Shown: piece by piece, positions 26,686 through 32,000 of the stretch | How positions within the stretch are numbered: position 1 is the first letter of the stretch | Layout of the letters: every line of letters starts with the position of its first letter | Assembly: GCF_000025685.1 (NCBI RefSeq) | Contig: NC_013967.1 | Coordinates: forward strand, 570,001-602,000 | Source of the DNA: Haloferax volcanii DS2 | GTDB taxonomy: Archaea; Halobacteriota; Halobacteria; Halobacteriales; Haloferacaceae | DNA: 32,000 nucleotides | Direction of reading: 5' to 3' | The notes under the pieces: generated by a model | Database searches by the model: none | Seen by the model: only the letters and a program-made list of their open reading frames with translations | What the model was told of the DNA's origin: nothing | Position numbers and translations under genes: made by a program

Positions 26686-27696
26686 TTACACGATGCGGTT
26701 GATTGCGGCCTCCACGTCGGAGCCGCTGGGGAGCACTTCCTCTTCGAGCGCGGGGCTGAAGGGGATGTGAACGTCGGCGACGCCGACCCGCTGGATGGGG
26801 GCGTCGAGGCTGTAGAACGCGTTTTCCATGACGCGCGTCGCCACCTCGGCGTGAGTCCCGTACGACAGCGGGCTCTCGTCGGCGATGACGAGGCGGCCGG
26901 TCTTTCCGACGCTCTCGACCAGCGTGTCGGTGTCCATCGGGTAGAGCGACCGGAGGTCGATGACCTCGACGCTCGTCTGGCCCGCGAGTTCCTCGGCGAG
27001 TTCGAGCGACTCGCCGACCATGCGTTGGGTGGCGACGACGGTCACGTCCTCGCCCTCGCGCTCGACGCTCGCGGTGCCGATTGGGATGGTGAAGTCCTCG
27101 TCGAGCGGCACCTCGCCTTTCTGTTCGTATATCTGCTTGTTCTCGAAGACGATGACTGGGTCGTCCGACCGGATGGCCGACTTCAACAGGCCCTTTGCGG
27201 ACGCCGGCGTCGCGGGCGCGACGGCCATCACGCCCGGGAAGTGGGCAAACCACGTGTGAATCGTCCCGGAGTGCTGGCTGGCCGCGCCGCTCCCGCCGCC
27301 TTCCGTCGTTCTGACGGTGACGGGCATCTCCGTCTTGCCGCCGAACATGTAGCGGTTCTTCGCCATCTGGTTGATTATCTGCTCGGAGCAGACGCCGATG
27401 AAGTCCGAGAACATGATTTCGACGACCGGCCGCGTCCCGGTCGCCGCCGCGCCGACCGCCGCGCCCATGAAACCGGCCTCGCTGATGGGCGTGTCGCGGA
27501 CGCGCGTCTCGCCGAACTGCTCGACGAGGTCGCCCGTGACCTCGTAGACGCCGCCGAACTTGCCGACGTCCTCGCCCATGACGAACACGTCGTCGTCGCG
27601 TTCGAGTTCCTCGCGGAGGGCGAGTCGAATCGCCTCGCGGATGGTCATCTCTTTCGTCTGGTCCGGGCCGGTTCCGCTGCTGGTCTCGGTGCTCAT
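26686..27696 (-). CDS. 2-oxoacid (acetoin-type) dehydrogenase E1 component beta subunit
   Basis: MTIREAIRLALREELERDDDVFVMGEDVG..., DTPISEAGFMGAAVGAA, QHSGTIHTWFAHFPG. Confidence 0.93.
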   Translation of the reverse strand: MSTETSSGTGPDQTKEMTIREAIRLALREELERDDDVFVMGEDVGKFGGVYEVTGDLVEQFGETRVRDTPISEAGFMGAAVGAAATGTRPVVEIMFSDFIGVCSEQIINQMAKNRYMFGGKTEMPVTVRTTEGGGSGAASQHSGTIHTWFAHFPGVMAVAPATPASAKGLLKSAIRSDDPVIVFENKQIYEQKGEVPLDEDFTIPIGTASVEREGEDVTVVATQRMVGESLELAEELAGQTSVEVIDLRSLYPMDTDTLVESVGKTGRLVIADESPLSYGTHAEVATRVMENAFYSLDAPIQRVGVADVHIPFSPALEEEVLPSGSDVEAAINRIV

Positions 27697-28727
27697 CGGT
27701 TCTCACCTCCGTCGGCCCGCATCCCGCTGGAGAAGTCGCTAATCTCCGGGACGGCCGCGTTGAACATGTCTTCGTACGCCTCGCTGGGGTCCGGGTACGC
27801 CGCGTCTTTCGCCTTCCCGACGGCGTCCTCGATTTGCTGGTCGATTTCGGCTTTCATCTCGTCGAACTCGGCTTCGGTTATCGTCCCCGCGTCCACGAGC
27901 CGTCGCTTGAACGTCTCGATGGCGTCGCGGTCCTTCCAAATCGCCACGTCCTCTTCGGTCCGATACGGCTGTTGGTCGCCCTCGAAGTGGCCGTGGTATC
28001 GGTACGTCTCGGCCTCGATGAACGTCGGTCCCTCGCCGTCGGCGGCCCGCTTGCGCGCCTCCTTGACGGCCTCGTAGACCGCGGTGATGTCCATCCCGTC
28101 GACAGTGAAACCGGGGATGTTGTACGCCTCAGCGGTCTCACTGAGGTTCTGGACGTTGTGCTGTTTCTCGACGGGCGTCGCCTCGCCGTACTGGTTGTTC
28201 TCGACGAGGAACACCGCCGGGAGGCTCCACGTCGCCGCGAGGTTGACGGCCTCGTGGACCTGTCCCTGCGCGACCGCGCCGTCGCCGAAGAACGCCAGCG
28301 CGACGGTGTCTTCTCCTTTCAGGTGCGACGTGAGCGCGGCCCCCGTCGCCAGCGGCGGCCCCGCGCCGACGATGCCGTTCGCCCCGAGCATCCCCGCGTC
28401 GACGTCCGCGATGTGCATCGACCCGCCTTTGCCGTTACAGTAGCCGTCGGCCTTGCCGAACAGTTCGGCCATCATCAGGTCCGGGTCGAGGCCCTTCGCG
28501 ATGCAGTGGCCGTGTCCCCTGTGGGTGCTCGTGATGTAGTCGTCCGATTCGAGGGCCGAACACGCGCCGACCCCGACCGCTTCCTCACCGACGTAGAGGT
28601 GGACGAACCCGGGGAGTTCGCCGTCGCTGAATAGGTCGGCCGCCTTCGTGTCGAACGCCCGAATCGTGAGCATCCGGCGAAGCGCCTCGCGCTGTCCATC
28701 CTCCGTCTCGATGTCTAGTACCACCAT
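27693..28727 (-). CDS. 2-oxoacid (acetoin-type) dehydrogenase E1 component alpha subunit (TPP-binding)
   Basis: Track ORF 27693-28772 (TTG start) trimmed to ATG 28727 (MVVLDIETEDGQ...). Contains YITSTHRGHGHCIAKG and the TPP motif GDGAVAQGQVHEAVNLAATWSLPAVFLVENNQYG. ATGA overlap with E1beta. Confidence 0.93.
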   Translation of the reverse strand: MVVLDIETEDGQREALRRMLTIRAFDTKAADLFSDGELPGFVHLYVGEEAVGVGACSALESDDYITSTHRGHGHCIAKGLDPDLMMAELFGKADGYCNGKGGSMHIADVDAGMLGANGIVGAGPPLATGAALTSHLKGEDTVALAFFGDGAVAQGQVHEAVNLAATWSLPAVFLVENNQYGEATPVEKQHNVQNLSETAEAYNIPGFTVDGMDITAVYEAVKEARKRAADGEGPTFIEAETYRYHGHFEGDQQPYRTEEDVAIWKDRDAIETFKRRLVDAGTITEAEFDEMKAEIDQQIEDAVGKAKDAAYPDPSEAYEDMFNAAVPEISDFSSGMRADGGENR

Positions 28728-28732
28728 GCGAC

Positions 28733-28749
28733 GTACCAACAATTGGTAC
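28733..28749. promoter_or_regulatory. Perfect dyad GTACCAA-N3-TTGGTAC just upstream of the E1alpha start (candidate operator)
   Basis: GTACCAACAATTGGTAC lies 6-22 nt upstream of ATG 28727, inside the only AT-rich patch of this intergenic region. Confidence 0.35.
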
Positions 28750-28976
28750 AATCTATGATGACTTTTTCTCAACGTGGCAGCTATCGGGTCAGTCTCGCGG
28801 CTGTGACTGTGTAATCGAGTAACGCTGCCGTGTCTCTTTTCTGATGGGTTTCTTACACGGTATCGGACCGCGCGATGGCGGCCCAGTTCGCGGCCGGTTA
28901 CACCGATGTCGCCTCCCTACTTTTGGTGTTCACGTCCCAACGGACGGACGATGCGAGCACTCCAGGTCGTGGTAGC

Positions 28977-29957
28977 ATGAACATGCTCTACGAAGGCGAG
29001 TGGCGAACCGACAAGTTCGTCGCCAACAACGAAGACGGCGAGTTCGAGCGCCAGACGACCGACTTCCGCAACTGGGTCGGCGAGGACGAGCGGTTCCCGG
29101 TCGAGGCCGGGCGGTACCACCTCTACATCTGCCGCGCCTGTCCGTGGGCACACCGCACTGCGATGACGCGCGCGCTGAAGGGTCTCGAAGACGCGATTTC
29201 GCTGTCGCTCGTCGAACCCGTCCGCATCGACGACGGCTGGGAGTTCTCCGAGGACCTCCCGGACCCGCTGTACGGCGAGGAGTTCCTCCGCGACATCTAC
29301 CTCCGCGCCGACGACGAGTTCACCGGGCGCGTCACCGTCCCCGTGCTGTGGGACAAACAGCGCGAGACCATCGTCAACAACGAGTCCCGCGAGATTATGC
29401 GGATGCTAGACGAGGCGTTCGACCCCCTCGCCGAGCGTGACGTGGACCTCAACCCCGACGGCTACGAGGAGGAGGTCGACCGCCTCGTCGACGAGATTTA
29501 CGAGCCGGTCAACAACGGCGTCTACCGCGCCGGGTTCGCAACCACCCAAGAGGCCTACGAGGAGGCCGTCGAGGAACTGTTCGACGCGCTCGACCACTGG
29601 GACGAGGTGCTCGACGACCAGCGGTTCCTCGCCGGCGACGTGGTCACCGAGGCGGACATCGCGATGTTCGCGACGCTGATTCGCTTTGACCACGTCTACC
29701 ACACGCACTTCAAGTGCAACAAGAAGGCCATCCACGAGTACGACAACCTCTGGAACTACACGAAGGAACTCTACCAGCTTCCGGGGGTCGCAAAGACGGT
29801 CAACATGGACCACATCGTCCGGCACTACTTCGTCAGCCACGGCGACATCAACCCCAAGCGCATCTACGGCGTCGGCCCCGACCTCGACTTCGACGCCGAA
29901 CACGATCGCGACCGCCTCCCGGCCGACCTCCCGGCGGCGCTGACGGCCGACGACTGA
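28977..29957 (+). CDS. Xi-class glutathione transferase / glutathionyl-hydroquinone reductase family (YqjG/ECM4-like)
   Basis: Track ORF 28875-29957 trimmed to ATG 28977. Contains RYHLYICRACPWAHR (CPWA active site), VPVLWD and NNESREI. Confidence 0.88.
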   Translation: MNMLYEGEWRTDKFVANNEDGEFERQTTDFRNWVGEDERFPVEAGRYHLYICRACPWAHRTAMTRALKGLEDAISLSLVEPVRIDDGWEFSEDLPDPLYGEEFLRDIYLRADDEFTGRVTVPVLWDKQRETIVNNESREIMRMLDEAFDPLAERDVDLNPDGYEEEVDRLVDEIYEPVNNGVYRAGFATTQEAYEEAVEELFDALDHWDEVLDDQRFLAGDVVTEADIAMFATLIRFDHVYHTHFKCNKKAIHEYDNLWNYTKELYQLPGVAKTVNMDHIVRHYFVSHGDINPKRIYGVGPDLDFDAEHDRDRLPADLPAALTADD

Positions 29958-30053
29958 GCTTCCCGCTCCTCGTCTCGTCTCGTTTTCCGTTCCGCCTCCG
30001 CTCCCGTCGTCTCCCGCGACACGCTATTCGCGCTCGAAACGCTATCACTTCTC

Positions 30054-31019
30054 ATGGCAAGCCGCGCGACTCGCCTGACCCGCGCGCTCCGGCGGGTCGA
30101 ACCGCCACCCCGAGCGGTCGACTGGTCCATCTTCGCGCTCGTCGTCTTCGAGACGCTCTCGGGCGTGCTGAGCCTCGGGGCCGGCCACCCGGCCAACGGC
30201 CTCCTGTTCGTCGTCCACGGCGTCGCCGGCCTCTCGCTGGTCGTTCTCGTCGGCTTCAAACTCTATCGGGTCCGCCGGCGCGTCCTCGACGCGCGGCTCC
30301 GCGACCGCCACACCGCGCTCTCGGTCCTCCTCGCGGTCGTCGCGCTCGCGTCCCTCGGCACCGGCATCGCGTGGGTGCTCGGCGTCGAGGTCCGAATCGG
30401 CTTCTGGACGCTGCTCAACGTCCACATCGGCTTCGGCCTGCTCGTGGTTCCGGTGCTGTTTTTCCACCTCTGGGCGCGCTTCCGGCCGCCCCGCCGGGTC
30501 GACTTCGCGGAGCGACGCCGGGCGCTCCAGTACGGCGCGATACTCGTCTTCAGCGCGGCGACCTACCGGGCGACCGAGACGGTCGGGGCGCTCCGGGGCG
30601 TGGGCCGTCGGTTCACCGGGTCGCGGCCGCTTCCGCCCGGCGAGGGTAACGACGCCTTCCCGGTGACGAGCTGGGTCGCCGACGACCCCGACCCCGTCGA
30701 CCCCGACTCGTGGTCGCTTTCGGTCACGGGGCTGGTCGACCGCTCGCTCGAACTCGACCGGGCCGACCTCGCGCCCGGCGAGACGCGGTCGGTCCTCTTG
30801 GACTGCACGAGCGGGTGGTACACCGAGCAGCACTGGACCGGCGTCAGACTCGGCGATGCGCTCGATGCCGCCGGTGTTCACTCGTCGGCGCGGTGGGTGA
30901 CGGTCCGGTCGGTGACGGGCTTTCGGTGGTCGTTTCCCATCGCGGAGGCCCGCGAGATGCTGCTTGCGACGCACGTCGGCGGCGACCCGCTCTCGCACGG
31001 CCACGGCGCTCCGCTCTGA
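30054..31019 (+). CDS. Membrane-anchored molybdopterin oxidoreductase (sulfite oxidase/YedY-like domain fused to a His-rich polytopic N-terminal domain); prematurely terminated, possible pseudogene
   Basis: N-terminal TM helices carry conserved-looking His residues (VVHGVAG, NVHIGFG, FFHLW). The catalytic part contains LLDCTSGW and HGHGAPL. The ORF stops at TGA 31017-31019, but family-like sequence continues in the same frame to TAA 31125-31127. Confidence 0.8.
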   Translation: MASRATRLTRALRRVEPPPRAVDWSIFALVVFETLSGVLSLGAGHPANGLLFVVHGVAGLSLVVLVGFKLYRVRRRVLDARLRDRHTALSVLLAVVALASLGTGIAWVLGVEVRIGFWTLLNVHIGFGLLVVPVLFFHLWARFRPPRRVDFAERRRALQYGAILVFSAATYRATETVGALRGVGRRFTGSRPLPPGEGNDAFPVTSWVADDPDPVDPDSWSLSVTGLVDRSLELDRADLAPGETRSVLLDCTSGWYTEQHWTGVRLGDALDAAGVHSSARWVTVRSVTGFRWSFPIAEAREMLLATHVGGDPLSHGHGAPL

Positions 31020-31094
31020 CTGGTCGCGCCGAACCGCCGCGGGTTCCAGTGGGTCGATGTGGTCGAGGTGCGCCGGCGGCGCGACCCGGCGCAG

Positions 31095-31160
31095 TGGCTC
31101 GCGGTGCTGGTGAGCGGGTTCGGATAATGGCTCGCAGTGCTGGTGAGCGGGCTCGGATAG
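31095..31160 (+). repeat. 33-bp tandem duplication covering the (extended) 3' end and stop codon of the Mo-oxidoreductase gene
   Basis: TGGCTCGCGGTGCTGGTGAGCGGGTTCGGATAA followed by TGGCTCGCAGTGCTGGTGAGCGGGCTCGGATAG (30/33 identical). Confidence 0.95.
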
Positions 31161-31169
31161 CGGCTCACC

Positions 31170-31301
31170 TCACCACGGAAGAATCCACAGCACGTCGACG
31201 AGGCGGTCCAGAATCGTCTTCTCGGCCTCGTCGGTCGTGTCGTCGGTCGAAGCGTTCGTCGCCTCGCCTTCGTCGGGCGCGCTCGAATCGGAGGTGGTCA
31301 T
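31170..31301 (-). CDS. Small acidic hypothetical protein (43 aa)
   Basis: Own translation: MTTSDSSAPDEGEATNASTDDTTDEAEKTILDRLVDVLWILPW. GC3-rich codons. A different frame from track ORF 31165-31362, which is Arg-rich and looks spurious. Confidence 0.35.
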   Translation of the reverse strand: MTTSDSSAPDEGEATNASTDDTTDEAEKTILDRLVDVLWILPW

Positions 31302-31362
31302 ACTGGCCGCTATTCTTGTCAACTTGAAAATGCTTTCTGTGGGCGGGGTCGCTGGTCATCAC

Positions 31363-31848
31363 TCATCGCGGAATCCCGCGAGATGCTGTTTTCGTCCCGC
31401 GTCGGTGAACGCTCGTACAGTCGCGGCGCGTTCGCCACGCGACGACGCCGGCACCGAGGAAGAGGAGGCCGCCGGCGACGAGCAAGAACGGCTCCGCCCC
31501 GAGGATAAGTCGTGTCGTCCCGTCGAACGTCTGGACCGTGGTGTAGAGTCCCGGCTCCCGGACGTAGTGGGACACGGCCACGAGCGAATAGCCGACTTCG
31601 ACTCCACCGACTGCTACGGGGAGAACCGCGGCGTACTTCCACCGGAATGCGGCCAGCGTCCCGACGACGCCGACGCCCCCGAGCCGCGCCAGCAGGTACT
31701 CCTCGTGGTTGAGTCGGCCGCCCCATCCCGTCGTTATCGTCCCGTCGTATCCGGGTGCGACGTGGAGCAGTTCCTGATGGATGCCGGCGACGACGGCTCC
31801 GAAACCGACGACCGCCATCACGACTGCGAGGGCTCGCTGACGGTCCAT
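31363..31848 (-). CDS. Hypothetical membrane protein
   Basis: Track ORF 31363-31875 trimmed to ATG 31848 (MDRQRALAVVMAVVGFGAVVAG...). Four hydrophobic segments. Confidence 0.55.
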   Translation of the reverse strand: MDRQRALAVVMAVVGFGAVVAGIHQELLHVAPGYDGTITTGWGGRLNHEEYLLARLGGVGVVGTLAAFRWKYAAVLPVAVGGVEVGYSLVAVSHYVREPGLYTTVQTFDGTTRLILGAEPFLLVAGGLLFLGAGVVAWRTRRDCTSVHRRGTKTASRGIPR

Positions 31849-31894
31849 ATCGACACATCTCGTGTCGCTCAGCAAATAGCCTTGCTCCCAGTCT

Positions 31895-32000
31895 TCACTC
31901 GTCGCCGGCGCGAATCGCCCGCTCGGCCGCGTCGAGGGCGGCGTCGGCGTCGAAGTCAGCGACGATAGTTTCCAGTTCCTCGCGTGTCGCGCCGGAGCCC
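31895..32000 (-). CDS. C-terminal fragment of an unidentified protein (gene starts beyond the window end)
   Basis: Own translation of the minus strand: ...GSGATREELETIVADFDADAALDAAERAIRAGDE, with the stop at 31895-31897. GC3-rich codons; open to the window edge. Confidence 0.45.
   Translation of the reverse strand, partial: GSGATREELETIVADFDADAALDAAERAIRAGDE

Noticed and set aside
25828-28077. A 749-aa plus-strand ORF, the longest in the track.
   Set aside because: It runs antisense across the AcoX-like, E1beta and E1alpha genes, which all have unmistakable family motifs. Its translation is low-complexity (R/D/G/A/V) without domains.
28977-29957. A glutathione-dependent Xi-class GST in a lineage thought to use gamma-glutamylcysteine instead of glutathione.
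   Set aside because: The presence of this family in Halobacteria is already described in the literature on glutathionyl-hydroquinone reductases. The thiol specificity is an open question, but it is not a new observation from this sequence.
31017-31019. The TGA in the Mo-oxidoreductase read as a selenocysteine or other programmed recoding site.
   Set aside because: The aligned family position is a conserved Arg, not Cys/Sec. To my knowledge Halobacteria lack selenocysteine machinery. No obvious stem-loop follows the codon. A nonsense mutation or a sequence error is more parsimonious, although read-through cannot be excluded from sequence alone.

Overview
This looks like a haloarchaeal (class Halobacteria) chromosomal core region. 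The DNA is visibly GC-rich with strongly GC3-biased codons, the proteins are acidic, and many genes appear leaderless with a TATA-like box about 30 nt upstream. I did not compute GC content. Gene order resembles what I recall for Haloferax-type chromosomes near an orc-linked origin, but I cannot verify that here. The window is densely packed, with about 43 protein genes and 1 tRNA. The many long alternative-frame ORFs in the track are high-GC artefacts. From left to right the window contains:
- A partial orc1/cdc6 gene and an adjacent ORB-repeat replication origin (430-1161).
- A translationally coupled DUF4129 / membrane / DUF58 / membrane cluster, convergent with MoxR.
- tRNA-Ser(CGA), followed by a duplicate of its own 3' end.
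- bluB, two small ORFs, a citramalate/isopropylmalate synthase, DUF192, an HNH protein, GMP synthase subunit A and DUF2070.
- A small zinc-finger protein and the conserved archaeal block rpl37ae-rpoP-pcc1-pfdB-DUF3194.
- An SDR epimerase, a DUF2103-like protein, and truD-pth2.
- dcd overlapping a ThiN-type (ThiR-like) regulator, then a methyltransferase with a Ser-Arg repeat tail, then thi4.
- An acetoin-type 2-oxoacid dehydrogenase cluster: E2 convergent with E1alpha-E1beta-AcoX-like.
- A Xi-class GST and a membrane-anchored molybdopterin oxidoreductase.

I found no defence island, CRISPR array, integrase or transposase, and no convincing new multi-gene system. The items most worth a second look are:
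- The asymmetric ORB origin.
- An in-frame TGA at a conserved Arg codon in the Mo-oxidoreductase, followed by a duplicated gene end.
- The tRNA 3'-end duplication, which looks like an att-like scar.
- A ribosomal protein L37ae that lacks all four zinc-ribbon cysteines.
- Candidate operator dyads in front of thi4 and the E1alpha operon.
- An E2 with two E1/E3-binding domains.
- A recurring pattern of short, near-perfect tandem duplications inside genes.
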